A stretch of 64,000 nucleotides of DNA from a virus. The notes below the pieces were generated by a model. That model made no database searches, was not told the origin of the DNA, and saw only the letters and a list, made by a program, of their open reading frames with translations. A program made the position numbers and the translations under genes. The stretch lies in the IMG/VR virus record IMGVR_UViG_3300024999_000062. One strand, 5' to 3'. Of the stretch, positions 52,431 through 63,543 are shown piece by piece (positions within the stretch are counted from its first letter, which is position 1; each line of letters begins with the position of its first letter).

Positions 52431-54071
52431 ATGGTGACTGGGAACAATACTACTGAAATTGGAGATGTTATAGTTATACATACAACTACACCTTTAGTAG
52501 GGTTAGTTGCTATTAGTGGCTTCATTGACAGTATACTTGGTTTATCTGGAACTCGTTTTTTTACTAAACAATTTAGATACTCAGTAGATGGGATTAATTG
52601 GTCTTTGTATCAAGATCTTACTTCAGCTAACTTACAGGCAATAGTTGTAGCTCCAGCTTATCCATTTAAGATAGATTATCGTTATACAAGAGCTGGTACA
52701 GATACAACAGGTAATTTAGAGTTACAGAGTGTAAGCTTATTAGATATAATAGTCCCTCCATCAGCTTCTATAGCTTATGATTCGAGTTTATTTGCCCAGT
52801 ACTTTTCTTATTATTCTGTAGATGTTCTGAATTGGTGTTTGAATGTTTTAGAGAAACTCTACAAAAAAGGGATTATCCCAAAGTTTATTGAAAGAGGTGG
52901 GAATGAAAACTTTAATTGGGAAGATCAAGACTTTATTGATTTTTGGAGAAGTATTTGCACATATTTTGCTTTAGTGGTGAATTATGGGAGACAGTTTCAA
53001 GACTTTCCAGACTATCATGATTTCTTAGTTAAGTATATTGAAAGTAAAGGGTTACATGTAAGTGAGACAGAGACTGATGAAGATCTTTTATATTTGATGG
53101 AATATTTTTGGGATGAAACTAGAAAGAGAGGTACTCTAAAAATTGCTGAACAATATCAAGTTGTTGATATAGATCAAAGTAGTTCATCTTCAGGGACTCC
53201 AGTTACAAATTTATTGAATGGAGAGTTATTACGACTAATTACAAAGGGTGAACTAGATGAATTTATTTTTTGTTATGTTGAATCTTGGAAGGTGGGCTGG
53301 AACATAAGTAATTCAAGTCCTTTATATAGAGGGATTAATTTTTATTATAATGCAATTAAAGGGTGGGAGAGATCTCAGGATGTACTTAATCTAAGTAATT
53401 ATCCAGTTATTGATCTTGCTGCTGTTTCTGTTGCTACTGATAGTGGTAAACAAGTTATAAAAATAACAGATCCTGTGGTACAAGCTGGTATTGGGAGTAT
53501 TACTTGGGATTCTACGAAAGCCATCTTAATTGATGAAACTTTGAGTTACGAAGTTACTTTTATGATGAAGCTAGATCGTGATTTAGCCCATCCAGCCAAG
53601 TTAAAGTTCGGTTCACTTGGATTTGATGAAACAGGAAACTTTTCAAGTCATGAAAATATTGTTACTGGAGTTGTGGAGACTACTTTTTTTAAAAATCAAC
53701 AATTTAATAGAGTTGATAAGTATTACTTTGTAAGAGGGATAATCTATAAGATGAATCATCCTTTGTTATCTGTTGCTCAAGCTACATTAAATATAGGTTT
53801 TGGAGAACAACTTAGATTTGGGAAGGTTACAAAATATATTATCCCATTTGTAGGTCTCGCTCATAGTGGGTTCTTTCAAGAAGCTTATCTTTGGGACTTT
53901 AAAGTAAGGCCATTAGCTACAGATGGAGAAATGTGCTTTATTGGAAACAAGAATTTTCTTTGGACATGGATGAAGAACAATACTAAGAAATATACAGAAG
54001 ATCAGATTGAAAACATAATGAGAACACAACTTTTACCATATAATTTGCCTTTTAGAAATAAATATTTATAA
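52431..54071 (+). CDS. baseplate/tail-fibre-associated protein
   Basis: 546 aa, after the J-like gene. It contains an internal DQSSSSSGTP stretch. Confidence 0.4.
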   Translation: MVTGNNTTEIGDVIVIHTTTPLVGLVAISGFIDSILGLSGTRFFTKQFRYSVDGINWSLYQDLTSANLQAIVVAPAYPFKIDYRYTRAGTDTTGNLELQSVSLLDIIVPPSASIAYDSSLFAQYFSYYSVDVLNWCLNVLEKLYKKGIIPKFIERGGNENFNWEDQDFIDFWRSICTYFALVVNYGRQFQDFPDYHDFLVKYIESKGLHVSETETDEDLLYLMEYFWDETRKRGTLKIAEQYQVVDIDQSSSSSGTPVTNLLNGELLRLITKGELDEFIFCYVESWKVGWNISNSSPLYRGINFYYNAIKGWERSQDVLNLSNYPVIDLAAVSVATDSGKQVIKITDPVVQAGIGSITWDSTKAILIDETLSYEVTFMMKLDRDLAHPAKLKFGSLGFDETGNFSSHENIVTGVVETTFFKNQQFNRVDKYYFVRGIIYKMNHPLLSVAQATLNIGFGEQLRFGKVTKYIIPFVGLAHSGFFQEAYLWDFKVRPLATDGEMCFIGNKNFLWTWMKNNTKKYTEDQIENIMRTQLLPYNLPFRNKYL

Positions 54072-54072
54072 T

Positions 54073-56523
54073 ATGTCAGCCGTAAAAACTTCAAACGATT
54101 TGTTTCTTGGAAAGCAAGAACTCGACAGAATAATTCAGTGCCTCTGGACTGATGGAGCAGTAAGAAATCTTCAGTTTCAGACTCATAGTTTTGGGATAGT
54201 AAAATTTATATTGGATACTACCTTGTCTTATTTTAAGGTTGAAGCAGGAACTAACCCTGGTACTGTCAAGGTGCCTTTGTCTTATGCTATTGATTTTTAT
54301 GGAAGAACGATTGTCAAGGCAGCTCAAGATAATATAGCGATACCAAATGATAATACCTGGTATTGGATGAAGATAATTTATGAAACTAATCCAGAAGAGG
54401 TTGGTTCTGTATCAATAGATACAGCTGGTAACTTGACATCTCCAGGGGGAGATACTAAGTTTCAGCAAGTTTTAAGAGGAGCTCCTAATCATCCTGCTGT
54501 AATCAAGTTTACAGATTCAGTTCTTAATACTTCTGAATATGAAGTGGTAGAAGTTACTTCTGATACAGTAGCTATATTAGCTGGTGTTTTTGCCAATGAA
54601 ACTCCTCTAAAGTACAAAGTTATTGGAACTTTTACTCCAGGTGTTCAACCATCAGCAGGTGAAAAAGATATCTTTCAGTATGATTCTTGTAAAGCCTTTA
54701 CAGTAGCAGCTGGAGGCCTAGTTCAATCAGATCCACAGCCAGGATATACTCCAAATTTTGAATTCTTCTGTGCCAGAGTAAAGAACAATGGTGGGGTGGT
54801 GATTATCGAAGACAAGAGGACAGAATTCTTTTACTTAAGAGCTGACCAGTTACTTTCTTATATAGATCGGACTAAGAATAACCCAATTTTGGCTGTAGAG
54901 TCCGTGAAATGGGATAATGAGTTTTCAACTAGAGATAAGAATCAAATTATAGTAGGTTGGGGATTGAGAAGTGTAAACTGGACAGTTTCAACATCACTAA
55001 GACAAGTTACTTTTTCTGGTGGAGAGGGTGGAATATTGAAGTCAGGGACTCTTACCCAAGGGTTCACTGACAATGATTTTAATGGTTGGAGACTCTACTT
55101 CAAGAATGGTAAATATTCAAAAGTTTTAACTTCATTAATTGATGGTACAAACATTAAGATTACTGTAGATGTTCTTAACCCTGATGATTATACATCAGGA
55201 GATGAACTAGTTGTAGTTCCTGATGTTGAAGAAGTAGAAATAAAAGTTACGAGTGATTCAGTTCATAGAGTGATTGAGCAGATTGAATCACAAATTAGTT
55301 TCAATGTTCGTTCTGGTTTTGGAAAGATTTGGCAATTAATTCCAGTTTCAAACGAAGATGAAAGTACTTCTGATAGTATTTCAGTTTTGAATTCATACTT
55401 CTTTAATCTCCAGTATCGTTATAAAGTTTTTGGAGATTATACAGAATGGAAAGAGTTTCCAGATGCTAATATTTCAGGGCTTACTGGTACTGGTTATTAT
55501 GACGAATCAAGTTATGATGAATATGGTGTGTTAAAGACTAACCCTGGGGACAGAACAAGAAAGACTTATTCAGGTTCAATATCAATCGGTTTTGTTGAAT
55601 GTGTACCTAGTACTTTTAGTTATTGGAATAGAATTAATGCTCTTGATATTGGTGATCTTAAAGGAGTTCAACATACAACGATTAATGCCTCTACATCTCT
55701 AATTGATTTACAGATAGGGTTGAAGAGGCAATGTCAGGTAATTGACTTAGATGGATTTACTCTTACTCAGAATATCTGGGTTAATCTCAACAAGTTAGAT
55801 GGTAGAAATGGGAATTCTTTCATTATTCAGTTTGAAACAGGTTTACTTGCCTATGCAGGACAAACATTGAAGATTGTAACTGATTATGTAGTTGGTGGAG
55901 GACCTCCGACTGTAGTCTTACTAGATATTACTTCAGATATTAATGATACAATTATTAATAAGGGTAAATTTGCTGTACTTTGTACTTATGATGGAGTTGA
56001 CTGGGTATTGAAAGATTTGAGTGAATATCAAGCTACTGAGTTAATGATGGGCATTGCTATGAAGGCATCTTCTGCGGAAGCTATTGCTTGTGTTAATAGT
56101 ACTAAGATGTTGACACCCTTAGAATTAGATGAAGTTGGATTTAAGGCATTAATTAATGGGACTATTACAACATCACCTGGAGCTTTGACAATTACTTCTG
56201 ATGCTGGCGTTGTTACTGTAGTTTCTGCATATATTAAGTTTACTAAATTGTCGAATAAGTTAGTGTTTATTCAGATTTACGCTCATGTAACTACCGCCAC
56301 AATAGGTCCAAGATTTTATATAGATTTAACAGGTTCAGGGATTGTTTTGAGTAGTTTTGAAGCTAACGGTAGTGGAATTGTTTATAATGGTGCTTATACT
56401 CTCACACCCGTTTCAACTTTTAAAAGTCTAGGGAATGGGATTACTTTTTTAAAGACTGGTGGTGCTGTCTTTGCAGATGACACTTATTATCTTGGAGGAC
56501 AATTTATAGCTTATATTAATTAA
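54073..56523 (+). CDS. tail fibre / receptor-binding protein candidate
   Basis: 816 aa and the last large gene of the tail module. Confidence 0.45.
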   Translation: MSAVKTSNDLFLGKQELDRIIQCLWTDGAVRNLQFQTHSFGIVKFILDTTLSYFKVEAGTNPGTVKVPLSYAIDFYGRTIVKAAQDNIAIPNDNTWYWMKIIYETNPEEVGSVSIDTAGNLTSPGGDTKFQQVLRGAPNHPAVIKFTDSVLNTSEYEVVEVTSDTVAILAGVFANETPLKYKVIGTFTPGVQPSAGEKDIFQYDSCKAFTVAAGGLVQSDPQPGYTPNFEFFCARVKNNGGVVIIEDKRTEFFYLRADQLLSYIDRTKNNPILAVESVKWDNEFSTRDKNQIIVGWGLRSVNWTVSTSLRQVTFSGGEGGILKSGTLTQGFTDNDFNGWRLYFKNGKYSKVLTSLIDGTNIKITVDVLNPDDYTSGDELVVVPDVEEVEIKVTSDSVHRVIEQIESQISFNVRSGFGKIWQLIPVSNEDESTSDSISVLNSYFFNLQYRYKVFGDYTEWKEFPDANISGLTGTGYYDESSYDEYGVLKTNPGDRTRKTYSGSISIGFVECVPSTFSYWNRINALDIGDLKGVQHTTINASTSLIDLQIGLKRQCQVIDLDGFTLTQNIWVNLNKLDGRNGNSFIIQFETGLLAYAGQTLKIVTDYVVGGGPPTVVLLDITSDINDTIINKGKFAVLCTYDGVDWVLKDLSEYQATELMMGIAMKASSAEAIACVNSTKMLTPLELDEVGFKALINGTITTSPGALTITSDAGVVTVVSAYIKFTKLSNKLVFIQIYAHVTTATIGPRFYIDLTGSGIVLSSFEANGSGIVYNGAYTLTPVSTFKSLGNGITFLKTGGAVFADDTYYLGGQFIAYIN

Positions 56524-56560
56524 AGTTGTTTATTACATATAATTATTATATTTTTATACC
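56522..56560 (+). promoter_or_regulatory. Class-I conserved promoter/operator-like element, copy 5
   Basis: AAAGTTGTTTATTACATATAATTATTATATTTTTATACC, with the perfect palindrome at 56537-56551. It lies 15 nt upstream of the ATG at 56576. Confidence 0.55.
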
Positions 56561-56575
56561 CTAAAATATATCTCT

Positions 56576-56929
56576 ATGAAAAAGATTGTAGTTTTAATGA
56601 TTGTAATTCTCTTTTTTGGTTGTAAGAAAGAGGAGATTGAAGAACCCGTAATAGAGGATTGTGAATTAAGTAGTTATTGTCTGGTTACAATTAAGACTCA
56701 AGACAAGATAATGTGTGTTATGTATACTGGTGTGAATAGTGACTGGTACAAGCTTATTGGGCCAAATGGACAAGCAGACTTGAAGATGAGAGTTGATAGT
56801 TTGATAAATGTAAGAATTTATGAAAACATAGCAGACAATATTCCAGTTTTAACTTCTGAATTTTTTTATACTGAGTCTTGTACTAACCATACTATCACTC
56901 AGATTGGTGATTCAATTATTAATAATTAA
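56576..56929 (+). CDS. putative lipoprotein
   Basis: MKKIVVLMIVILFFGCKKEE (lipobox FFG-C). Confidence 0.6.
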   Translation: MKKIVVLMIVILFFGCKKEEIEEPVIEDCELSSYCLVTIKTQDKIMCVMYTGVNSDWYKLIGPNGQADLKMRVDSLINVRIYENIADNIPVLTSEFFYTESCTNHTITQIGDSIINN

Positions 56930-56931
56930 GT

Positions 56932-57504
56932 ATGTATTTCTACTATACAGGAGCTAAACAGTACCTTGGTCAACAAGGTAAAAAAGAATACAGCCTTGGA
57001 GGCTTTGTTTCTCAAAACAGAATTTCTAATAATGAAATAGGAAATCTATTCTCTCAAGTCTCTCTATATGATATTGAGAAGAAATTGAGAAACATAATTG
57101 GGATTGTTTTGAAGAATGAATCTGGAGTAGATATTTCTGACTTAAGACTATGGTTCGAATCTCCAGCTAATGCTTATTGTAAGTTTGAAGTAGCAGCTGT
57201 AGCTCTAGCCAAAGATTCAAAGAACCAGTATTATATGGAGGAATTGGCAAATAATGAGTCCTTACCATATAATGCTACTTTTCATTCAGCAAATGGCCAA
57301 AGCAGCTCAGTTCTAATAGGAGATCTTGTAGCAGATGGTATGATTGGTCTGTGGATTAAGAGAACTGTTGATAAGGATGGGATTACGGCCTTGTTTACGG
57401 ATTCTGCTATTAAGACAAGAACTACTTCCTTACCAGTTCAAGAAGATGTAATGTTACAACTATCTTGGAATGATGATGATAGTAGTAGTTCAAGTTCAGT
57501 ATGA
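56932..57504 (+). CDS. hypothetical protein with acidic Ser-run C-terminus (NDDDSSSSSSV)
   Basis: A 190-aa ORF. Confidence 0.55.
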   Translation: MYFYYTGAKQYLGQQGKKEYSLGGFVSQNRISNNEIGNLFSQVSLYDIEKKLRNIIGIVLKNESGVDISDLRLWFESPANAYCKFEVAAVALAKDSKNQYYMEELANNESLPYNATFHSANGQSSSVLIGDLVADGMIGLWIKRTVDKDGITALFTDSAIKTRTTSLPVQEDVMLQLSWNDDDSSSSSSV

Positions 57505-58082
57505 TTCTTGGAGAGTTCATATTAGATTCATTCGAATATCTTTATAAAAGATTAAGAGAGAATAATCAATATGAACATATTCTTACAGATAAAGATGGTT
57601 CTTTGATAAGTAATTTTCTTTCTAAGTTAGACAAACAGTATGGTCTAGAGAGTATCGGGAAAAAATTTATATTTGAGTATCTTGTTTGGCAGTTTGATTA
57701 CTGGAAAGACAAAGATTTCAAGAGTATGAAAGGTATTCCATTGAATTGGGTTCTTGGAGATAAGGCTGTTGAAAGATGGGAGAAGAAAGAGAACTTTGAA
57801 GGTCAGTGGTTTCACATTTTTACTTGGGCTACAAGTCTTGGAGTTAAGTGGGAGGAGTTTGAAGATTGTTATAAGTCAGATTTGATTGGACTAAGAGAGT
57901 TTGAAGAAGATGAGAAGATAAGATTTTGGGGTTCAGAACAGGGTCTAGGGAATTGTATAAATTCTACAACTCTCTTCAATCCAAAGTCAAAGTGGTGTAA
58001 TATTTGTGTTTTTGGGTCAGATTGTAAAGAGTTATTGAAAAGCATGTATTTAGGATTGTATAACAAAAGATTGTTAGGATGA
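57501..58082 (+). CDS. hypothetical protein
   Basis: A 193-aa Trp-rich ORF with ATGA overlaps. Confidence 0.55.
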   Translation: MILGEFILDSFEYLYKRLRENNQYEHILTDKDGSLISNFLSKLDKQYGLESIGKKFIFEYLVWQFDYWKDKDFKSMKGIPLNWVLGDKAVERWEKKENFEGQWFHIFTWATSLGVKWEEFEDCYKSDLIGLREFEEDEKIRFWGSEQGLGNCINSTTLFNPKSKWCNICVFGSDCKELLKSMYLGLYNKRLLG

Positions 58083-58534
58083 AGTGGAGTGATTGTGTAA
58101 AGTGTGGTCATAAAAATCGACCGTTAAATGCCAAGGGAGTTTGTAGTGATTGTGTATGGACTAAGAACCATCCTGGGCAAATAAGAACTAATTTTATTAG
58201 TCCTGTAAGTAAGAAGAAGTCTAAAGAGCTTAATCTTCGAAATAAGACTTATGAAGAGATTGACAAAACTAGAGAGCATGTTTGTTCTGGCTGTGGTAGT
58301 TCTACTAAGCCTCTTTCACATTCACATCTTATTCCAGTTTCATTTGACAAGAGATTTGAATCAGACCCAAGAAATATAAAGTTTCATTGTATGGAGACTC
58401 CTGGTGATGAAGGGTGTCATAGAAGATGGGAGAGTCACAATCTCAGTAAGATGATGACTTTACTTGACTTTGAAGAGAATATGAAATATGTTCAGGAAGT
58501 TTGTTTTAAGTATTATAATAAGATTGTAAATTGA
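58079..58534 (+). CDS. HNH/NinG-like zinc-finger nuclease candidate
   Basis: CVKCGH...CSDC, then CSGCGSSTKPLSHSHLIP...NIKFHC...GCHRRWESH, resembling His-Me finger proteins. Confidence 0.45.
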   Translation: MKWSDCVKCGHKNRPLNAKGVCSDCVWTKNHPGQIRTNFISPVSKKKSKELNLRNKTYEEIDKTREHVCSGCGSSTKPLSHSHLIPVSFDKRFESDPRNIKFHCMETPGDEGCHRRWESHNLSKMMTLLDFEENMKYVQEVCFKYYNKIVN

Positions 58535-59004
58535 TGACAGAGTCATTAAGAGAGGCAACGAAAGAGTACCCAATTAAGGGTGTAGAAATAGCCCCTATTT
58601 CAGTAGTTGATGCTGAAATTATTAGTGAAGTTGTTGAAGTAGCTGAGAAGTTTGGAGTTAAGATCTTTAGGGACATAGTAAGGGAGTGGAAGAACTATAG
58701 TGATTCTGATATTCGAGATTTGCTAAGAGCCTTTAATTTTAAGTTTAAAGGATTCAAGGCAGATGAAATGGTTAGGATTGGAGAATATACTTTAAAGGTG
58801 AGATTCTTAGTCTCATTAAAGTTAGAAGAAGGGTATGATGGGATTAGAGGGAAGAGGTGTTATGATATCGTAGTTAATGAAGATCCTTCGGAGAGAATGA
58901 TGATGTGCAATACACATGTTAATTTTGTTTCTAGAAAAGAAAGAGACATGGAGTACAAAAGATTGGAAGAAAGATTGGAAGATTGTAATATAACGTTTTT
59001 ATGA
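58534..59004 (+). CDS. hypothetical protein
   Basis: An ORF of about 156 aa. Its ATG overlaps the previous TGA. Confidence 0.5.
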   Translation: MTESLREATKEYPIKGVEIAPISVVDAEIISEVVEVAEKFGVKIFRDIVREWKNYSDSDIRDLLRAFNFKFKGFKADEMVRIGEYTLKVRFLVSLKLEEGYDGIRGKRCYDIVVNEDPSERMMMCNTHVNFVSRKERDMEYKRLEERLEDCNITFL

Positions 59005-59234
59005 GTAATTTTGAATTTGATGCAAAGAGTACATTTACTCTAGTAAGTTTAATGGGTCATTTGACTGATATAGTCAAACTTAAGAAGTCTGGTGAGCCAT
59101 TTACTCCACAAGATGTACAAGCCTACATTAGCAGAGGCTATTTACCAAAGTATATGGGTGACTGGAAGATTTATACTCAGGCATCCAGAGCTATTGGTGG
59201 GAAGAAGGAGTATAAACTTATAAAGGGTAAATAA
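59001..59234 (+). CDS. hypothetical protein
   Basis: A 77-aa ORF. Confidence 0.5.
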   Translation: MSNFEFDAKSTFTLVSLMGHLTDIVKLKKSGEPFTPQDVQAYISRGYLPKYMGDWKIYTQASRAIGGKKEYKLIKGK

Positions 59235-59857
59235 TGTACGAATGTAACTATTTTGTCATGGACTTTGAGACTGGAGGTTTCACAGCTGACAAGAACCCTA
59301 TTACAGAGATTGCTGCAGTAGTCTTAAACCATAAGATGGAGACTGTAGACAAGTGGTCAAGCTTTGTGTATCCTTATAATGATCTAAGAATTGACAAAGG
59401 AGCTCTAGATGCTACTGGATTAACAATGACTGAGATCATGACTGGGATAGATCAACGAGAAGTCTATAAGAAGATGTCTGATTGGTTAAAGAAGGCTAAG
59501 TGTGGTAAGTTTTCTAAGCCACAATTAGTTGGCCATAACTTTTACAAGTTTGACATGCCCTTCCTTAGATATTTATTTAAGTTGAACGGAGATGATGCTG
59601 ACACTTATATTGACTATCTTTGGGATACAATGAGAATGTCTCAGTTGATCTGGTCTACTGATACTATCCCAAACTATCAACTTGGTACTTGTTGTAAGAG
59701 AGCTGGTGTAGAATTAGTAGAAGCTCATAGAGCCTTACCAGATACTGAAGCAACAGCTGGTTTGTTTAAGTATCTTCGATCTTCTGGTAATCAGCAAGTA
59801 GCTGTCCAGACCGTGCCTACTACTATAAAGAGATTTAGAGATGCCTTTAGGTTCTAA
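59234..59857 (+). CDS. DEDD-family (DnaQ-like) 3'-5' exonuclease
   Basis: ExoI VMDFETGG, ExoII GHNFYKFDMPFL and ExoIII HRALPDTEATAGLF. Confidence 0.75.
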   Translation: MYECNYFVMDFETGGFTADKNPITEIAAVVLNHKMETVDKWSSFVYPYNDLRIDKGALDATGLTMTEIMTGIDQREVYKKMSDWLKKAKCGKFSKPQLVGHNFYKFDMPFLRYLFKLNGDDADTYIDYLWDTMRMSQLIWSTDTIPNYQLGTCCKRAGVELVEAHRALPDTEATAGLFKYLRSSGNQQVAVQTVPTTIKRFRDAFRF

Positions 59858-61511
59858 GATTCTTGATACAAGTAAGACCATTTATTCTCTTGATCAACTA
59901 AGTACTATTTATAGAACAGTTGATGAGTTGATAGATGGTCTTGATTTGGTTGGGATAAAAGAATTGTCTGGTGGGAATAAGAATGATCTTGACAATTTAA
60001 TGAATACTATAGTTCAGGAAACTGGAAGAGTATTGTTTAGTGATCAAACACCTATTAAGAATGGAACTCTTGGGTATTTAGAAAAGTTATCTGAATCTCT
60101 TGATAAGACTCTAAAGAGAACAAATCTTAATTACTTTACTGCCAATGTTCTTGCAGAATTTGATATAAACTGGCATCATATTGAATGGGGGAATCTTGTT
60201 CAATTATATAAACGATTGTTAATTGAAGCAGCCAGAGATCATAGTAAGTCTTATCATCTTAGCCATGTAGTCCCTATCTGGAATATGTACCGTTATCAGT
60301 TAAATCCTTCTTTCTTTCAAAAGAAAGAGAATGCACTCCTAAAGAAAGGGATGATTGTAACGAATGAATATACTTTAGGTAAGACTCTGTTAGGGATCAT
60401 TAGAGAGACAATTGAAGGCAATTCAGAACTAAGAGAAATTTTGTACCCAGGTTCAGGAGAAGGTTGGGGCAAGGAGGAGATTACTTGTAGAAATGGGTGT
60501 AACTTGATGATCAAATCTTACGGCTCAAGAATGAGAGGTTTTCATCCAGGATGGATGATTATTGATGATTTCTTAAATGACTCAGTCTTGTATTCGTTTG
60601 AACAAAGAGAGAAGTATTGGAATATCTTTACAGGTGTTATCTTGAGCATGATCTTACCAGGAGGGCAAATTATTGTTACTGGTACTCCATTTGTTGATGG
60701 AGATATGTATGACAATATCAAGAAAGATCCTACTTTTAAGTGTTTTGAGTATCCTGGAATATTCCCAGATGGGCGTGTCTTATGGCCAGGACGATATACT
60801 TACAAAGACTTGATGGACAAGAAATACTCTCTTGGGTCCATGAGATTTTCAAGAGAAATTCTTTGTAAGCCTATTTCGGATACTTCATCTATCTTCCCGT
60901 ATGAGATATTGAAGAGAGGTTATATGACTTCTTATGCATTGGCTAAGAACATCAATTCATTCCCAAAGAAGTTTGAAAGAATTATTGTTGGAACTGACTT
61001 TGGTATTTCTTCAAATATTGGGAGTGATTATAGTGCCTTTGTTGTTGTTGGAGTTGATGGGTTAGATTTCTGGTTATTGAATATTTTTAGACAAGCTGGA
61101 ATGAGTTATGATTATCAGATAGCCACCTTGAAAGCTATTAATGAAAACTTTAGACCTGATCTATTTATGATTGAAACAAATCAGATGCAGAAGATTTTTG
61201 CCCAAATGGGAAGAGATGCAGGTCTACCAATAGCAGAACATGCAACAGGAGTAGATAAATATTCATTTACTCAAGGTCTTCCAGCCATGGCAGTATTGTT
61301 TGAACAGGGACATATAAAGATCCCTAGAGGAGATCAAGAGAGTGTTGATTTGACTGATATGTTAGCCATGGAGCTGAATTCTTTTACTTTTGACCCAGAC
61401 AAAAAGAAGTTGACTTCAGTAGTTGATCATGATGATATTGGGATGGCTCTATGGCAAGCTATTAGAGGTTGTAAGTATGTTAGTGAAAGATTCTCATTCA
61501 GTTTTGTTTGA
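59841..61511 (+). CDS. terL: terminase large subunit
   Basis: ATPase blocks AARDHSKSY (Walker A-like), WMIIDDF (Walker B) and VTGTPF. The nuclease domain has IIVGTDFGISSNIGSDYSAFVVVG, IETNQMQ and DHDDIGMALWQA. Confidence 0.85.
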   Translation: MPLGSKILDTSKTIYSLDQLSTIYRTVDELIDGLDLVGIKELSGGNKNDLDNLMNTIVQETGRVLFSDQTPIKNGTLGYLEKLSESLDKTLKRTNLNYFTANVLAEFDINWHHIEWGNLVQLYKRLLIEAARDHSKSYHLSHVVPIWNMYRYQLNPSFFQKKENALLKKGMIVTNEYTLGKTLLGIIRETIEGNSELREILYPGSGEGWGKEEITCRNGCNLMIKSYGSRMRGFHPGWMIIDDFLNDSVLYSFEQREKYWNIFTGVILSMILPGGQIIVTGTPFVDGDMYDNIKKDPTFKCFEYPGIFPDGRVLWPGRYTYKDLMDKKYSLGSMRFSREILCKPISDTSSIFPYEILKRGYMTSYALAKNINSFPKKFERIIVGTDFGISSNIGSDYSAFVVVGVDGLDFWLLNIFRQAGMSYDYQIATLKAINENFRPDLFMIETNQMQKIFAQMGRDAGLPIAEHATGVDKYSFTQGLPAMAVLFEQGHIKIPRGDQESVDLTDMLAMELNSFTFDPDKKKLTSVVDHDDIGMALWQAIRGCKYVSERFSFSFV

Positions 61512-61561
61512 GAAATTTTTATTATATTTAGAAGAAGATTGTAAACAAAGATTGAGTAAAG

Positions 61562-62914
61562 ATGAGCCAACTATCACCGACTTTCCTTTTTGAACTATTC
61601 CGATTATTGTTTAAGAGAACAGACTTAGTTGAGATCGGGATACAACATCTAGAATATCATTATTTACCAACTGAAGCCTGGAAAAAGATATGGAAGGGGG
61701 TTAACTCCTATTATCAGTTAAACAAGAAGCTTTCTACATTTGGTTCTGTATCAGAACAAAATACTTCTGATACAGAAGTTCAAGATTTACTAGTAAAGAT
61801 AAGAGAAACTGATATTCCAGATTACGAAGTAGTAGTTCAACAATTCCAAGAATTTTTGAAAGACAGTTTGTCCGTAGACTGTTATAATCAGTTTTCAGAA
61901 GTCTATAATAAAGGAGATAAAGATGGGGCTAAGAAGCTCTTAGTTGATACTGGGAATAAACTAGTAAACTTTAATCTCTCCAATTCAGTATATCTAAAGA
62001 AGATTTTTACAGGTTTTGAGGATAGAAATAGAGCTAGAATTTTAGCTTCTAAGGTCCAGAAGTTTAAGAGAAAGATTCCATTCTCTATAGATGAATTAGA
62101 TGCTTTGACTTATGGAGGGATGGATAGGGAAAATAAAGACACTGCTTGCTTTATAGCTAAGTCTGGAGCTGGCAAAACAAAATTATTAAGATGGATTGGG
62201 GTGGGAGCAGCCAGAAGAGGGATACCTGTAATTCATATACAAGCAGAAAGTTCTGAAGAAGAGTGTTTGTTAGGTTATGATGCTACATGGTCAGCCGTGA
62301 TGTTAAGAGACTTAAAAGAAGGGAATATACAGTCAAAAACTTATGATAAGCTTCAAAAAGTAGTTAGTGATATTAAGTTTTCTGGAGGAGAGATTTTTGT
62401 TCATGCGTTTGAACAATTTAATTCTGGGTCTATGTCTGATGTAAGAGCCCTCTGTCAAGACTTTCTTAAGGGTCATGGCGAATTTGGGATTGTGTTGATT
62501 GACTATCTTGAAAAACTTTCTCCTGGTGATGGTCGAAAATATGCTGTAAGTGAAGAAAAAGAAAGAAGAGAAGCTATTGCAGATAAGATGAAGAATTTGG
62601 CTTTAGAATTTGATTGTTGTCTGGCAACAGCCACCCAAGCCTCTGACATCCCACCCGATCTTTGGAATAATCCAAACTTTGTAATGGATAGACATAATGT
62701 CAGTCATACTAAGAACCTTTCTAATTCATTCTCATACTTTATTTCATTGAATCAAACAAAAGATGAATATCAAGAAGGCATAATGAGACTATATAATGAT
62801 AAGTTAAGACACTTTAAGGCTCACCAGACTATTAAGATTTACCAATCTTATAATCAGGATAGATTTTATGATCGTGGAAGAACTTTATCAGAATTTTATC
62901 AAATTGAAGAGTAA
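61562..62914 (+). CDS. DnaB-like / RecA-fold replicative helicase candidate
   Basis: Walker A FIAKSGAGKTK, Walker B IVLIDYLEKL, and ATATQASD in the C-terminal half. Confidence 0.6.
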   Translation: MSQLSPTFLFELFRLLFKRTDLVEIGIQHLEYHYLPTEAWKKIWKGVNSYYQLNKKLSTFGSVSEQNTSDTEVQDLLVKIRETDIPDYEVVVQQFQEFLKDSLSVDCYNQFSEVYNKGDKDGAKKLLVDTGNKLVNFNLSNSVYLKKIFTGFEDRNRARILASKVQKFKRKIPFSIDELDALTYGGMDRENKDTACFIAKSGAGKTKLLRWIGVGAARRGIPVIHIQAESSEEECLLGYDATWSAVMLRDLKEGNIQSKTYDKLQKVVSDIKFSGGEIFVHAFEQFNSGSMSDVRALCQDFLKGHGEFGIVLIDYLEKLSPGDGRKYAVSEEKERREAIADKMKNLALEFDCCLATATQASDIPPDLWNNPNFVMDRHNVSHTKNLSNSFSYFISLNQTKDEYQEGIMRLYNDKLRHFKAHQTIKIYQSYNQDRFYDRGRTLSEFYQIEE

Positions 62915-62967
62915 TTTTGAAGATATGAAAAATTTTTTTATCTTTAAACAATTAAAAACTAGAAATA

Positions 62968-63528
62968 ATGATATTTATAGATTCAGTTGAAAAAGGCTCA
63001 AATATAATGCACCTTAGTACTGGTGATAACATTAAGAAGTCACTAGAAAAAGCTCACTTAAGTATGAGTTTTGAGTCAGCTAATGATCTTCCGATTTATA
63101 AGACAGGGAGAGAAGTAAAAGAGAAGTTGGTTATTGTCTTGAATAAAGAAGAAGCTGAACTTGAAGACTTAAGAGGTGAAATTCAAGAACAACTTGAAGA
63201 AGCTGGTATTATCCCAACTGAATGTGTTAGTGAATGGCAGAGAAGAGAACTTGAAGAGAATGAAGTACCAAAACTGATTTCTTATGATTTTCTTTGTAAT
63301 GGGATGTGTGATGTTAAACAAGAACAGGGTGGAGTTGCAATTGAACAAGGTGAAAAGATTCAGTTAACTGAAGAGCAAAAGAAAGCTGCCAGAGAATATA
63401 ACCGATTAGTAGATAAGTTGGTTGGTTGTACACTAGAAGTGAAGAGAATAATGACTGTTCTTGAAAACTTAAAAGATGAACAAAAAGTAACCTTATCTCC
63501 AGCCATGGCATCGAGCTTAGGTTTTTAA
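62968..63528 (+). CDS. hypothetical acidic protein
   Basis: A 186-aa ORF. Confidence 0.5.
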   Translation: MIFIDSVEKGSNIMHLSTGDNIKKSLEKAHLSMSFESANDLPIYKTGREVKEKLVIVLNKEEAELEDLRGEIQEQLEEAGIIPTECVSEWQRRELEENEVPKLISYDFLCNGMCDVKQEQGGVAIEQGEKIQLTEEQKKAAREYNRLVDKLVGCTLEVKRIMTVLENLKDEQKVTLSPAMASSLGF

Positions 63529-63543
63529 ATATTTTAGTTACCA

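Noticed and set aside
57152-57163. GGTTCGAATCTC, a tRNA T-arm-like string
   Set aside because: It lies inside a well-supported CDS (codons for WFESP). I could not fold any acceptor, D or anticodon arms around it.
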